Origin: Eledone cirrhosa
Taxonomy: Eukaryota
Assembly (NCBI GenBank): GCA_964016885.1
Contig: OZ024741.1
Span: 179,800,001-179,864,000 of the forward strand
Direction: 5' to 3'
DNA: 64,000 bases
Shown: positions 1 through 17,493 of the stretch, piece after piece
Position numbering within the stretch: the stretch's first letter is position 1
Layout: each line of letters starts with the position of its first letter
Made by a program: the position numbers and the translations under genes
The notes under the pieces: model-generated
The model's database searches: none
Told to the model about the DNA's origin: nothing
Seen by the model: only the letters and a program-made list of their open reading frames with translations

Positions 1-355
1 TTGTGGTTTGGTAGTGATAGTGTTGTTGGTGGAGGTAGTGGTGTTGGTGGGGGTAACGGTGTTGGTGGTTGTAGTTTGGGGATGGTATCGATAGTGGTAG
101 AGGTGTTGGTATTGGTAGCGGAGTTAATATTCGTAGTGGTGGTAGTCATAGTGTTGTAGCTAGTGGTAGTAGTGGTAGTTTGATGGTGGCAATGGTGTAG
201 GTGGGGATTGTGGAGGTAGTTTGCTGGTGGTGGAGTCGATGGTGTTGGTGGTGGTGGTGGAGTTGGTGGTAGTGGTGTTGCTGGTGGTATAGGTAGTAGT
301 GGCAGTTGTAACAATGGTGTGATGTGGTATGGTGATGACGGTAGTATAATGATGT
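1..355. repeat. Degenerate (GGT/AGT)n low-complexity tract
   Basis: Visible GGT/GTT/AGT triplet repeats. Confidence 0.85.
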
Positions 356-357
356 TA

Positions 358-526
358 CAGTGAAATTCCGTTATAACGAAATTCAGGGGGTATAAAACAT
401 TTCTTTATAAAGAGATCGACCGAAACAAATCAAGCGTTTGTTTTTTATTGCCCCGGGGATTGAAACAAATTTCGTTATACTGAAAAATTCGTTATAATGG
501 TATTCCTTATAACGGAATTTTACCTG
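358..526. mobile_element. Tc1/mariner-pogo (Tigger-like) MITE
   Basis: Imperfect TIRs CAGTGAAATTCCGTTATAACGAA ... TTCCTTATAACGGAATTTTACCTG, TA on both sides (356-357, 527-528), non-coding interior. Confidence 0.75.
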
Positions 527-726
527 TAGTAGGAATGTGACTATAAAGACTATGATGATTATGACGAAGGTGTGTTGATGAGACTAGGCTAGTTGCTGAT
601 CTTGTTTTGCTCCAGCTCGGGCTTGATCGAGTAAACGATTTTCTTACGTGTATGGAACCCAGGACCATAGGAACTGGCCTGACCGAATTCTAAGACTGCA
701 GCGGGACTGATCTGAGTGATATTGCT

Positions 727-1940
727 GTGGTGATAGTGGTGGTGATGGTGGTGGCGGTGGTGATGGTGGTGGTGGGAGGGGTGACAGTAGTGGTGGTGTT
801 GGTGGTGATGGTGGTGGTGGTAGTGATAGTAGTGGTGGTGGTGGTGGTTGTGGTGGTGGTGGTAGTGGTGGTGATAGTGGTGGTGATGGTGGTGGCGGTG
901 GTGATGGTGGTGGTTGAGAGGGGTGATAGTAGTGGTGGTGTTGGTGGTGATGGTGGTGGTGGTAGTGATAGTAGTGGTGGTGGTGGTGGTTGTGGTGGTG
1001 GTGGTAGTGGTGGTGATAGTGGTGGTGATGGTGGTGGCGGTGGTGATGGTGGTGGTTGAGAGGGGTGATAGTAGTGGTGGTGTTGGTGGTGATGGCGGTG
1101 GTGGTGGTGATAGTAGTGGTGGTGGTGGTGGTTGTGGTGGTGGTGGTAGTGGTGGTGATAGTGGTGGTGATGGTGGTGGTGGTGGGAGGGGTGATAGTAG
1201 TGGTGGTGGTGGTGGTGGTTGTGGTGGTGGTGGTAGTGGTGGTGATAGTGGTGGTGATGGTGGTGGTGGGAGGGGTGATAGTAGTGGTGGTGTTGGTGGT
1301 GATGGTGGTGGTGATAGTAGTGGTGGTGGTGATGGTTGTGGTGGTGGTGGTAGTGGTGGTGATAGTGGTGGTGATGGTGGTGGCGGTGGTGATGGTGGTG
1401 GTTGAGAGGGGTGATAGTAGTGGTGGTGTTGGTGGTAATGGCGGTGGTGGTGGTGATAGTAGTGGTGGTGGTGGTGGTTGTGGTGGTGGTGGTAGTGGTG
1501 GTGATAGTGGTGGTGATGGTGGTGGTGGGAGGGGTGATAGTAGTGGTGGTGTTGGTGGTGATGGTGGTGGTGATAGTAGTGGTGGTGGTGATGGTTGTGG
1601 TGGTGGTGGTAGTGGTGGTGATAGTGGTGGTGATGGTGGTGGTGGTGGGAGGGGTGATAGTAGTGGTGGTGTTGGTGGTGATGGTGGTGGTGGTAGTGAT
1701 AGTAGTGGTGGTGGTGGTGGTGGTGGTGGTTGTGGTGGTGGTGGTAGTGGTGGTGATAGTGGTGGTGATGGTGGTGGTGGGAGGGGTGATAGTAGTGGTG
1801 GTGTTGGTGGTGATGGTGGTGGTGATAGTAGTGGTGGTGGTGATGGTTGTGGTGGTGGTGGTAGTGGTGGTGATAGTGGTGGTGATGGTGGTGGTGGTGG
1901 CGATGATGGAGGAGGTGGTGATGATAATGGTGGTGGTGTG
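727..1940. repeat. (GGT)n-based satellite with higher-order units marked by GAGGGGTGATAGTAGT
   Basis: Recurring blocks gaggggtgatagtagtggtggtgttggtggtgatgg...ggttgtggtgg...ggtagtggtggtgatagt. Confidence 0.9.
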
Positions 1941-4642
1941 GTAGTGTGGAGTTGAGGTGGTGTGGTGTGTTGGTGTGGTGTGATAGTGTGATGTAGTGGT
2001 GGTGTAGTGGGCGTGGAGTGGTGGTGTGTGGTAGTGGTGAAGTGTGGTGTAGAGTCGTGGTGAGATTTGTATAGAGGGGGTATGCTGTAGTGGTGGTGTT
2101 GTGTAGTGGTGGTGTGGTGTAGTTGGTTGTGCTGTAGTGGTAGTGTGGTGTGGTGTAATGCTGGTGTCGTGTAGTGGTGCCTTGGTGTAATGGTGTGTGG
2201 CGGTGGTGTGGTGTAGTGTTGGTGTGGTGATGTGCTGATGTGGTGAGGTGTGGTGTGGCGGTGGTGTGGTGTAGAGTTGGTGTGTTGTGGTGGTGTGGTG
2301 TAGTGACGTGGTAGTGTGGCGGTGGTGTGGTGTAGTGTTGGTGTGTTGTGGTGAGGTGTAGTGACGTGGTAGTGTGGTGGTGGTGTGGTGTAGTGTTGGT
2401 GTGATGTGGTGAGGTGTAGTGTGGTGGTGTGGTGTAGTGTTGGTGTGGTGTAGTGACGTGGTAGTGTAGTGGTGTGGTGGTGTGGTGTAGTGTTGGTGTG
2501 TTGTGGTGACGTGGTGAGGTGTAGTGTAGTGGTGTGGTGTAGTGTTGGTGTGGTGTAGTGACGTGGTAGTGTGGTGGTGTGGTGTAGACCACAATGTTGT
2601 GGTGAGGTGTGTGTGGTGGTGTGGTGTAGTGTGGTGTAGTGTTGGTGTGTTGTGGTGAGGTGTGTGTGGTGGTGTGGTGTAGTGTTGGTGTGTTGTGGTG
2701 ATGTGGTGAGGTGTAGTGTGGTGGTGTGGTGTAGTGTTGGTGTGTTGTGGTGATGTGGTGAGGTGTAGTGTTGTGGTGTGGTGTAGTGTTGGTGTGGTGT
2801 AGTGACGTGGTGAGGTGTAGTGTTGTGGTGTGGTGTAGTGTTGGTGTGGTGTAGTGATGTGGTAGTGTGGTGGTGTGGTGTAGTGTTGGTGTGATGTGGT
2901 GAGGTGTGTGTGGTGGTGTGGTGTAGTGTGGTGTAGTGTTGGTGTGTTGTGGTGATGTGGTGAGGTGTAGTGTGGTGGTGTGGTGTAGTGTTGGTGTGGT
3001 GTAGTGACGTGGTAGTGTGGTGGTGTGGTGGTGTGGTGTAGTGTTGGTGTGTTGTGGTGATGTGGTGAGGTGTGTGTGGTGGTGTGGTGTAGTGTTGGTG
3101 TGTTGTGGTGATGTAGTGAGGTGTAGTGTGGTGGTGTAGTGTTGGTGTGTTGTGGTGATGTGGTGAGGTGTAGTGTGGTGGTGTGGTGTGGTGTGTTGGT
3201 GTGTTGTGGTGATGTGGTGAGGTGTAGTGTGGTGGTGTGGTGTAGTGTTGGTGTGGTGTAGTGACGTGGTAGTGTGGTGGTGTGGTGTAGTGTTGGTGTG
3301 TTGTGGTGAGGTGTGTGTGGTGGTGTGGTGTAGTGTGGTGTAGTGTTGGTGTGTTGTGGTGATGTGGTGAGGTGTAGTGTGGTCGTGTGGTGTAGTGTTG
3401 GTGTGATGTGGTGAGGTGTGTGTGGTGGTGTGGTGTAGTGTTGGTGTGTTGTGGTGAGGTGTGTGTGGTGGTGTGGTGTAGTGTTGGTGTGTTGTGGTGA
3501 TGTGGTGAGGTGTAGTGTGGTGGTGTGGTGTAGTGTTGGTGTGATGTGGTGAGGTGTGTGTGGTGGTGTGGTGTAGTGTTGGTGTGGTGTAGTGTGGTGT
3601 GGTGTAATGACGTGGTAGTGTGGTGGTGTGGTGTAGTGTTGGTGTGTTGTGGTGAGGTGTGTGTGGTGGTGAGGTGTAGTGTAGTGGTGTGGTGTAGTGT
3701 TGGTGTGGTGTAGTGACGTGGTAATGTGGTGGTGTGGTGTAGTGTTGGTGTGTTGTGGTGAGGTGTGTGTGGTGGTGTGGTGTAGTGTTGGTGTGTTGTA
3801 GTGTGGTGTGTGGTGATGTGGTGTAGTGTGGTGTGTTGTAGTGTGGTGGTGTGGTGTAGTGTGGTGTGGTGGTGGTGTGTTGTGGTGATGTGGTGTAGTG
3901 TGGTGTGGTGGTGTGGTGTAGTGTTGGTGTGTTGTAGTGTGGTGTGCGGTGGTGTGGTGTAGTGTGGTGTAGTGTTGGTGTGTTGTGGTGGTGTGGTGTA
4001 GTGTGGTGTGGTGGTGGTGTGGTGTAGTGTTGGTGTGTTGTAGTGTGGTGTGTGGTGGTGTGGTGTAGTGTGGTGTGTTGTAGTGTGGTGTGGTGGTGTG
4101 GTGTAGTGTGGTGTGGTGGTGGTGTGTTGTGGTGATGTGGTGTAGTGTGGTGTGGTGGTGTGGTGTAGTCTTGGTGTGTTGTAGTGTGGTGTGCGGTGGT
4201 GTGGTGTAGCGTTGGTGTGGTGTAGTGTGGTGTGTGGTGGTGTGGTGTAGTGTGGTGTGTTGTAGTGTGGTGTGTTGGTGTGGTGTAGTGTGGTGTGGTG
4301 GTGGTGTGTTGTGGTGATGTGGTGTAGTGTGGTGTGGTGGTGTGGTGTAGTGTTGGTGTGTTGTAGTGTGGTGTGCGGTGGTGTGGTGTAGTGTGGTGTA
4401 GTGTTGGTGTGTTGTGGTGGTGTGGTGTGTGGTGTGGTGGTGGTGTGGTGTATTGTTGGTGTGTTGTAGTGTGGTGTGGTGGTGGTGTGGTGTAGTGTTG
4501 GTGTATTGTAGTGTGGTGTGGTGGTGGTGTGGTGTAGTGTTGGTGTGTTCTAGTGTGGTGTGGTGGTGGTGTGGTGGTGGTGTGGTGTAGTGTTGGTGTG
4601 GTGGTGGTGTGGTGTGGTGGTGGTGTGGTGTAGTGTGGTGTG
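1941..4642. repeat. (GTGGT/GTAGT/GTTGG)n pentamer-derived satellite
   Basis: Recurring gtggtgtggtgtagtgttggtgtgttgtggtga variants; strong G/T strand bias. Confidence 0.9.
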
Positions 4643-4727
4643 GACTTCATATCTAAATTTTCTAAAAAGCGAGCAAAATACTTAAAAGGGGAAAAAAGAA
4701 TTGTTATAATGATAGTAAAATTGGGAA

Positions 4728-8810
<4,083 letters not shown>

Positions 8811-9159
8811 GTACACCTTTCAGATTTATGTGGGCCGTGGCTTCCACATTTCCACTTTGCTTTTGTAGGTTTCCATTTCAACACTGATTTGACATAGTGA
8901 TTGATTTGATTGTTACAGGACATTGCTTACCTGCCGCTGTCTATTTCTCCCCATCTTGGTATCTTCGTTAATTTTTTCAATGAAGATTTTTGCGCCTTTT
9001 ATATGATCAGGTTACGAAATATTTCAAAAAACTTTCTTCAAGAACTTTTGGTAAATTAATTAATTAATTTATTTATTTATTTATTTTATCAATTTAAAAT
9101 TTCGTATAGAGCTAGTAACCAATGACAAACTAATGGAGGTATTTGGTACCCTTTAGTAA

Positions 9160-9372
9160 CCCTTTAGGATTTTCATTACTCTATATATACTATGGTAGTT
9201 TTGTGGTAAAGTCTTTATCTTACATAATTATCTCGCATAATATTAAAAAAATCTATGAGATTTTGATGTTATTTATTTTGAGAACAATACCTTAACATCA
9301 GTATGAGTGGACAGTTATGGCCAGTTTGAGCAGAAAGAAGTGAGAGAATTCTGGCCGGATATGGACGATTAG
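9160..9372 (-). mobile_element. piggyBac-type MITE, diverged/truncated copy
   Basis: Reverse-complement homology to 11142-11348; begins (G)TAA|CCCTTTAG. Confidence 0.65.
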
Positions 9373-9648
9373 AAAAAAAAAACAAAAAAAAAAACAAGAT
9401 AGACAGAAACATTAAAAACAATGGGTAGGCTAACGGGAAGCAAAAGACGCCTAAATAAGATAAAAATAAAATAAAAACAAGGGCAGGTAATGCTTGTGTC
9501 TCCCCAAACTCAGCTGCCATACAAAGACTGAATGTTGATGACTCCCTAATTATATTGTCTCAGGTCTTTAAATGTTATACAATGTTATTTCTTTGAAATA
9601 TCTTTAATTACATGCCACGTTGAAGTCAATTTTTTCAGTGATTACTTG

Positions 9649-9932
9649 GAGACGCATGGCCTTGTGGTAAAGGTGTTGGACTTACGATCATAATGTCGTG
9701 GGTTCGATTCCTAGGTTGGGTTGCGTGTATTACTTCTGAGCAAAACACTTCATTTTACGTTGATCAAGTATACTTAGCTGTAAATGTGTACCAGCAATAG
9801 CTGGGTGTTTAACCCTGCGTTGGACTGGCGTCCTGTACAGAGGGAGTCTTCTTCTCTCAGCCGCTTCACACCACGAAACCGGGATAAGCTCCAGCTCAAC
9901 GAGCCTTCCTGGCTTGAGCCTGATTTTAGACT
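9649..9932 (+). mobile_element. tRNA-derived SINE, CORE-like family
   Basis: A-box-like TGGCCTTGTGG, B-box GGTTCGATTCC, central CTGAGCAAAACACTTCATTTTACGTTG, tail GAAACCGGGATAAGCTCC. Confidence 0.75.
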
Positions 9933-10499
9933 TAGGCATAGAGTTAGACTTAGGATGAGTTTTCCCTTTTAAATCAGTTTGTAACCAAATATCTAGAATC
10001 TTTATGGATTTTTGCGGTATTAATAGTTGGTTTCTTAAGTATATTGCAACAAATTGTTTATAGAAGTAAATCAATTGTATTTTAGGAGGATCAAATTGTC
10101 GACAATTTTCGGTTGCCCATTTAGTTGCAGTTGATAGGGTTTTACACCATATGGTTTTGTTGTTAATAATAAGGGGGATACTTTAGAAGGGAACTAATTT
10201 AGCTTTTCTTTCGTTTCCAAGAATCGGTCATGTACTACAATTAGTGAGAAACTTTGCAGTCCAGTTGCAAAGGTAGTTGAGAATTTCATGATGATACAAT
10301 TTCTCAACTAGAGTGTTATGAACTACGTTATCATAAGCTCTCTATATCTAGTGAGATAAGGCTGGTTGATTTTGTCGATAGATTTGTGTCTCTGGTGAAT
10401 GTCGTTATTTCATAGACACCATTCTCAGTGTTTCTATTTAACGTTTTGGTGATTTTTGAAAATGTCCATAAAGCATTTGATGGCTACATAAAAGTTATA

Positions 10500-10617
10500 A
10501 GGCAGGGAATTAGTAGAGTCGTTAGCATGTCCGATAGAGAGCTTTGCCGTATGAGTTCAAATTTCGTTGAGCACCACTTTGCCTTTATCCTTCGAAGTTG
10601 ATAAATAATATACTGGT
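10500..10617 (+). mobile_element. tRNA-derived SINE family 2, degenerate partial copy
   Basis: GAGTTCAAAT B-box followed by CTTTGCCTTT-ATCCTTCG...GATAAA core. Confidence 0.6.
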
Positions 10618-10811
10618 GTATATATATATATATACACACACACACTCACACACATATGTACGTATATATATGTATGCACGTATGTATGTATATAAGTATA
10701 TGTATATATATATATATAGATATGTATGTGATGTGGTTTGTGATTCAAGAACCAAAACACTAGGCAGAGTTAATCGGTTTCAATTAGCATTGTTTTGGAA
10801 GATCAGAGGAG

Positions 10812-10935
10812 GAGAAGAAGAAGAAGAAGAAGAAGAAGAAGAAGAAGAAGAAGAAGAAGAAGAAGAAGAAGAAGAAGAAGAAGAAGAAGAAGAAGAAGAA
10901 GAAGAAGAAGAAGAAGAAGAAGAAGAAGAAGAAGA
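10812..10935. repeat. (GAA)n microsatellite
   Basis: Pure GAA run. Confidence 0.98.
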
Positions 10936-11018
10936 CGAGTATTTATGTGGTTTCACATATGTTATCCGCACTAATTCTGTTTAGTGAGACAGAACAGTAC
11001 AGTGGTGGATGAAAGAGA

Positions 11019-11465
11019 GTGGCTTAGTGGTTAGAGTGTTCGTCTTACGGTCGTAAGTTCATAGATTCCTGGCAGCCTGTTGTGTCTTTGAACAAAACAC
11101 ATTATTTCGTGTTGCTCCCGCCAACATTTAACCCACGTTAACCCTTTAGTATTTAAACCGGCCGTATCCCTCAGAATTTTCTCACCTATTTCTGTTCAAA
11201 CCGGCCATAACCGGCCACTCATAATTATGTTAAGGTATTGTTCTCAAAATAAATGATATCAAAATCTCATAGAATCGATATTATGTGAGGTAAAACGTTT
11301 ACCATGAAAATACAATAGTTTATATAGAGTAATGTAAATGCTAAAGAGTTAAAGGTACACGTGTCTGTGAAATGCTCAATCATTTGTATGTTAATTTCAT
11401 GAACGAGTTATATTGTTGATCGAATCAATTACAACATTCTTCATCGGAACCGACGGAGGTCCAAC
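11019..11465 (+). mobile_element. CORE-like SINE interrupted by a piggyBac-type MITE
   Basis: A-box TGGCTTAGTGGTTAGAG and GAACAAAACACATTATTTCGTGTTGCTCC core; SINE-like tail resumes after 11352. Confidence 0.6.
11142..11348. mobile_element. piggyBac-type MITE
   Basis: TTAA|CCCTTTAG ... CTAAAGAG|TTAA: TTAA target duplication and CCC terminus. Confidence 0.8.
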
Positions 11466-12219
11466 GCATGCTATGGTGAAGTGAAGCCATAGTTTATACG
11501 AAGTGAATAATATATTTATGTATTTATTTATTGCCATTAAGAGATATCAACTGTATGATGATCACATCCAGAACGAGGAAGTCTTATAATTTTGCCCAAC
11601 CAGCTTTAAATCCACTTGGAGAGAGATTTGTGGTTGGATATCGTTTCAGCGGTGATAACAGTGGCAGCCGACGGCTATTTCGTAAAGACTGGCTTAGTTG
11701 TAAGCTGTACAGACGATATTGACTGCGGGATCATTTCTGGTTGCATCGTGACATAATATGTGGCGATGCCAAAAGACAAAAACAGCAGTAACGCAGGCAG
11801 TCAGTGGATCTTGATCTGGAATAAGTGGACTAGAAAAATCAACAGAAACAACTACAACAAAACAAAACAAAAAACATGCCACTCAGCATTTCTACTTATC
11901 GTAAAATACAAAGCCTGTTTTTTACGGCGGTGTACATCTTTAGATTGGAAAATAATATATATATATATATATATATACATCTCTCTCTCATACACACATG
12001 CACGCACACACGCACACACACAAATAGACACATTCATATATTATAATAGTTTTATGTATATTATCAAGTAAAGAGTCTTTCATCATACATGTACAGTCTG
12101 CTTACTGATCCGTTATTTCTCTTTTTTTTTTTCAATTCTCGTCTCCCTCACTCACTCTGGCTCTCGCTCTCCCTTTCTCTCTCCCTCCCCCTACACTAAT
12201 ACACACTTATATAAATATG

Positions 12220-12248
<29 letters not shown>

Positions 12249-12251
<3 letters not shown>

Positions 12252-12358
12252 CGAAGGAAGTGTAGTAAGGAACCAGATGGACCATAACGCACCAGAGTAC
12301 TCAATACTTAGGGTAGTAATGGCTTGAGCTCTGCCGTCGGGGTCTTGAACATTTTCCT
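12249..12358. mobile_element. Mini PLE pLTR/tail fragment (family A), internally inverted, in (TA)n
   Basis: Antisense tail (aacgaag...taaggaaccag...cagagtactcaatac) joined to sense ggcttgagctc...gtcggggtc; homologous to 42168-42358. Confidence 0.7.
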
Positions 12359-12777
12359 ATATATATATATATATATATATATATAGATATATATATATAT
12401 ATATATATATGATAATAAGTTATTGTTTAAGGTAATCAATTTAGAGGTTGTGAGTACTCTGTACTATGGATAGTTTTAATGTACGGTGTTGTTTGACTCA
12501 ACAAGAAGTTTCCTTAGTTAGGTGGCGAGTTTACGAGAATACCTATGCAGGTGATTCTTGGAGTAATAATAGTGAAAGAGTAAAGAATAACATGGTTGGC
12601 TGTACAAAAAGGGTTTTATTTACAGTATTAACAATTGTTTTATTGATTAAATAAGTCTATAGGCCGCTAATCATTAGAAATTATGTCTCTCGACCTTAAA
12701 TACAGTGTGTGTCTCTGATCAAATCATCACTATATATATATATGTTTTTTTTTGTTTTCTGTTTACTGTCTCAACTT

Positions 12778-12886
<109 letters not shown>

Positions 12887-12919
12887 TTAAATATACATAT
12901 ATATATTTTTATATATATA

Positions 12920-12987
<68 letters not shown>

Positions 12988-13328
12988 GGATTATTCTACC
13001 TAGTCAGAGCGGGACCTTATAAACTATTTAGAACTTAATATTCAATCAAACCAGAATGCCAACCGTTGTTGAACAATTATATCTTTGTATACATTGCTGA
13101 GTATTCAAAACTACAGAGTCAAATACATAAAGCTAAATTATGAAAGAAAAATTAAAAAAAATGAGGTAATCATTAATCCATTGTTTTATTATTCTTTCCA
13201 TATTTAAATGGTTCCAAATTAATTTTTTTACTACCATATTTAATACACAAGGGCTCCAGTCCAGTGAGGTTATCAGTTAGAGGCTTCATGCAACCCATGC
13301 ACACTTAATCCGCTTTTAATGCAGAGAA

Positions 13329-13506
13329 ATAACTGTTTCTACTTTAGGCACAAGGCCAGCAATTACCCAATGCATTACTGGTACTTTATTTTATCGACCC
13401 CGTAAGGATGAAAGGCAAAGTCAACCTCGGCGGGATTTGAACTCAGATCGTAAAGGGACGTAACTATGCTAGAAAGCATGGCGTCCGACCCTCTACTGAT
13501 ACTGCT
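13329..13506 (-). mobile_element. tRNA-derived SINE family 2
   Basis: Reverse complement reads GGCAGTATC-GTAGAGGGTCGGAC...CTGAGTTCAAATCCCGCCGAGG...TTTGCCTTTCATCCTTACGGGGTCGATAAAATAAAGTACCAG...GGCCTTGTGCC. Confidence 0.85.
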
Positions 13507-13690
13507 CTGACACTGGGTTCACTTTGCCCGCCTTCCCGGTGGCTACCACCACTATCTGTGGGGTATGGTATGGTCCCGTAACTCCTAATAGAGACGTAGG
13601 GGTGCCGTGTTCGGCATTTTATTCCTGGCGGAGCCCACCCCTCTTCAGGCCTGAGTACAGCAGATTTCTTCCAGAGAGAGAGGAAGAATC

Positions 13691-13843
13691 TACCCCAGTA
13701 CTAGACTGGTACTTTTATCGACCTCGAAAGGATGAAAGGCAAAGTTAACCTCGGTGGGATTTGAACTCAGAGACCAGAGAGCTGGAGGGAATAACATAAA
13801 GTATTCTATCTGATGTTCTAACGACTCTGCCAATTCGCCGCCT
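13691..13843 (-). mobile_element. SINE family 2, variant copy
   Basis: Same core motif on the minus strand. Confidence 0.75.
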
Positions 13844-14994
13844 TATATCTGTGGCGGGTATGTAAGAATTAACTGAACAATGTAGAGAGCTAAACGTGTC
13901 CAGTCTGTCATACTGCTTACCATTCAATGCAGTACATTTTGGAATAATTGAGTGTGGTCCTAGAATTAATGAACACACGATATAGCTGAGAAGAAGGACC
14001 TGTGTGAGGGTGAGATCTCATTACTGGGCCAATTACTTGCATACCACAGCATTGCCCGATCAGGGATGGCCTGGCACGACGTCACAACAACACTGGTTTT
14101 ATGAAATAGTAGAAAGAAAAAAACAAAACTGGTCCGAATTACGCTAGGGGAAAAACCAATCAAAAGCGAGCTGTTTTAAAACCAGCCCGGGCATCTCAGT
14201 GACTCTCCTTAACTGACTGCTGACTGTCGAGGGCCTGAGGTTTTTCACTGATCAACTAAGGCACTTTCTATTTTCCTTTTACTCTTTGCGCAACGGCTCT
14301 GACTACAATTTTTCCTAACATTTTTTTCAGCAATTTTTTTAACCAGTCCATATTTTCTCTCCCCTCCTACTATTCTTATAACTCTCTTCCCCCACCGCCC
14401 CTTCTTCTTCCAAACAAGTATTCGTCAAAAGGCTAGTAATTAAGCGTGTGTCTATTTTGTTGGCGTTAGTTTCGAATTAAGACAACATTATTTTACATTT
14501 GCTGACGATAATCATGCACAGATATTATATATATTATATATTTGATGTGACTTATATAATTTTTGTTAATGAATCTGTTACCGCGTAGCGAGCGGCAAAA
14601 GGTTGTTTTGTTGTCTGATCTAGCAAGGACAAAATTACTGATTTGCACTAATCGGAACTCTTTTAACTAAATTACGTCGCTTGAAACCCAGAATTACAAA
14701 GTTACAAGATTTTGTGATATTTTCTGATATATTTCTCAGCAGATATTTAAACATATTTTTGGAATAAAGAGAAAAACATATTAACAAATAAATAAAAATC
14801 ATTTTTATTTAAAGCTCGAATTTGCAAGCGAGTTTGTGGGTAAGAGTTTTGAATAATAACATAGTTGAAAGAAAAAATTAAATGTTTAGCGTATGACTGC
14901 TTTCTTATCAAATTCTGCTACAAACTAGAGCCACGAAACTTAATTAATTCAAACCGATAGCCCATAATCAATGGGAATTCACCGAAAATACACT

Positions 14995-15107
14995 GAGAGA
15001 GAGGGTGTGTATGTGAGAGAGAGAGAGAGGGGGGTGTATGTGTGTGTGTGTGAGAGATAGAGAGAGAGGGGGTGTATGTGTGTGTGTGAGAGATAGAGAG
15101 AGAGGGG

Positions 15108-15148
<41 letters not shown>

Positions 15149-15237
15149 CGAGTGAGAGAGAGAGAGAGAGATGGCAGAGAAAGACTGATTGCGAGTGAGT
15201 CTGAGAGAGAGACTGTGAGAGGGACTGAGTGAGAGCG

Positions 15238-15277
<40 letters not shown>

Positions 15278-15441
15278 AGAAAGAGAGTGACTGAGAGGGT
15301 GAGAGAAAGAGACTGAGAGAGTGAGTGAGTGAGGGACTGATACATATATATATATAGAGAGAGAGCGAGAGACTCAGAGAAAGAGAGAGAGAGACTCAGA
15401 GAGGGTGTGAGAGCGGGACTAATAGAGAGGGAGAGAGAGAA
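14995..15441. repeat. (GA)n/(GT)n compound microsatellite
   Basis: Direct inspection. Confidence 0.9.
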
Positions 15442-16872
15442 AGTATGAAGTCCACCATTTTTTTTTTGCTAGATCCTGATGTATGAAGCAGGCTGAGGGT
15501 TTGGTGTACGTGTGTATATATATGTGTGTGGGTTGCTTATGTATGCGCGCGCGTGTGTGTGTGTGTGTATGTAGTACTCTGAATATCAACATTTCTCAAT
15601 TTATGTTCTGAGGGTTAAAATTATAGCTTAAATTAAAGTTGACGTGTTTTATTTTGTCTTGTTTTGTTATTTTTGTATTAATTTTGTCTATTTATTTAGT
15701 TCTTATTTGTTTATTATTTTTTTGTATAAACCTATGTTTTAGACTCAGTTTATCAAAGTTGAATAAAATCACACGTTGAAAATGGAATGTCAATTAAAGA
15801 ATGTTAAAATGAATTAAAGTTGGGGAGAAAATAGCAGAAAGTAAGTAATAATAGTAATGACAGCGTCAACATAGATGACAGCCATATTAGCGAGGCTAAT
15901 AGCCCTTTCACTGTTTCCATAGTTAAAACTAATAAGGGTAAAACATCCTTCACAAAGAATTATTCCTACAAAAACTAAAGATACGAACGAAGAAAGAAAT
16001 GAAGAAAGGTTTTAAAAAATAGCTTCACCGAAAATAACCAAACAAAGCTTTGGCAGAAAAATTACATTAGATTGCTAAAAAGCGAAAAGAAATCCAACGT
16101 AGTGTTTTGTTAAGTTTCGGCAGTTGAGGGTGTATTTTTACGAAAGTATAAATAAATTAATGAGTCGAAGAAGAAAAGAAGAAAAGAAGAAAAAAACATG
16201 TAAAGAATAATGAATGTTTTACGAAATAAACGTTCCTTAGATGATAATAAGAATGGAATTAAAAGTAGCGAGGAAAACATTAAAAGAAAAAGGTTGGGTG
16301 TGAAGGAACAAGAAAAAAAGTCTATTGGAAAATTATCGAATAGATTGTGGACAAATAGTGAGAGAGAGTGAGTGAGAGAGGGGGGGGGGGGCAGGAGACA
16401 AAAAAATAGAACTATATTACAATTTCTTTAATCCTCTTTAAGGAAATTGTAAATAAGTTGATAACAGGGTATGCTGTTTTTCAGATATCGTCTGGTATTT
16501 TTCATAATATTCCTACCATATTCGTGATTGAGTGGCCTCAGTGATGGTTGCGAAATTATATAGCTAATCAAACAAAGGGAAAGCCTATGTGTAATATAAG
16601 CCGTATTTTCGTATATATCTAAAGTAAATGAAATGAAATGAGTCGTCAGAAAATTAGGAAAGGAAGCAAGAAAGGAAGGAAGCAGAAGACGGAAATTAAT
16701 AACCGTACTGAGTATCTCTTCTTTGTTTAGAACAAACACTAATTATGTGTGTATTTCTGTTATCATTACATCTGTCATAGGCCAGTACTTTGGAACTTCG
16801 TGTTATTTTAAGCAATATATATTAGTTTGTTGTGATATAGCTTTCAATATATGCGACCAAGAACAAAATATC

Positions 16873-16937
<65 letters not shown>

Positions 16938-16939
<2 letters not shown>

Positions 16940-17160
16940 CGAAGCATGTGTGGTAAGGAACCAGGTGGGCCATAATGCACCAGAGTACTCGATACTGGGT
17001 AGTAGAGTGGGTAATAGTTAGGACCCCTGACTCTTTTCCTATATATATATATATATACAGGGTAGTCAGGAGTCCTGACTATTACCCACTCTACTACTCA
17101 GTATCGAGTACTCTGGTGCGCTATGGTCCACCTGGTTCCTTACCACACTTGCTTCGTTTT
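16938..17160. mobile_element. Two inverted family A PLE tail fragments separated by (TA)n
   Basis: 16938-17033 and 17066-17158 are diverged reverse complements; both match 42270-42358. Confidence 0.8.
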
Positions 17161-17251
17161 ATATATATATATATATATATAAGATATTTCGTAACTCTGA
17201 TTTTGCGTTTTGTTTCGCTTTTTCTTCCCCCAGAAATGCGATTCTCACTGA

Positions 17252-17295
<44 letters not shown>

Positions 17296-17404
17296 AATGG
17301 CTTCTACAGGACTAGAACTGTTTCATTCGGAAAAAATCATCATACTCTGCTATATGTATTCAGTACCTTACTTACTGTGGTTACCGCCGATTGAACCCGG
17401 GATA

Positions 17405-17408
<4 letters not shown>
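17296..17408. mobile_element. Mini PLE pLTR/tail fragment (family B), inverted configuration, in (TA)n
   Basis: Same two segments as 36296-36433 but with one inverted; the hammerhead is cut inside its CUGAUGA box. Confidence 0.7.

Positions 17409-17493
<85 letters not shown>

Noticed and set aside
727-4642. Telomere or interstitial telomeric repeat
   Set aside because: No TTAGGG-type unit.
10598-10984. Poly-Glu protein
   Set aside because: Pure (GAA)n flanked by non-coding sequence.
14614-15480. Possible TIR pair GATCTAGCAA / TTGCTAGATC
   Set aside because: Only 10 bp and no convincing target duplication.
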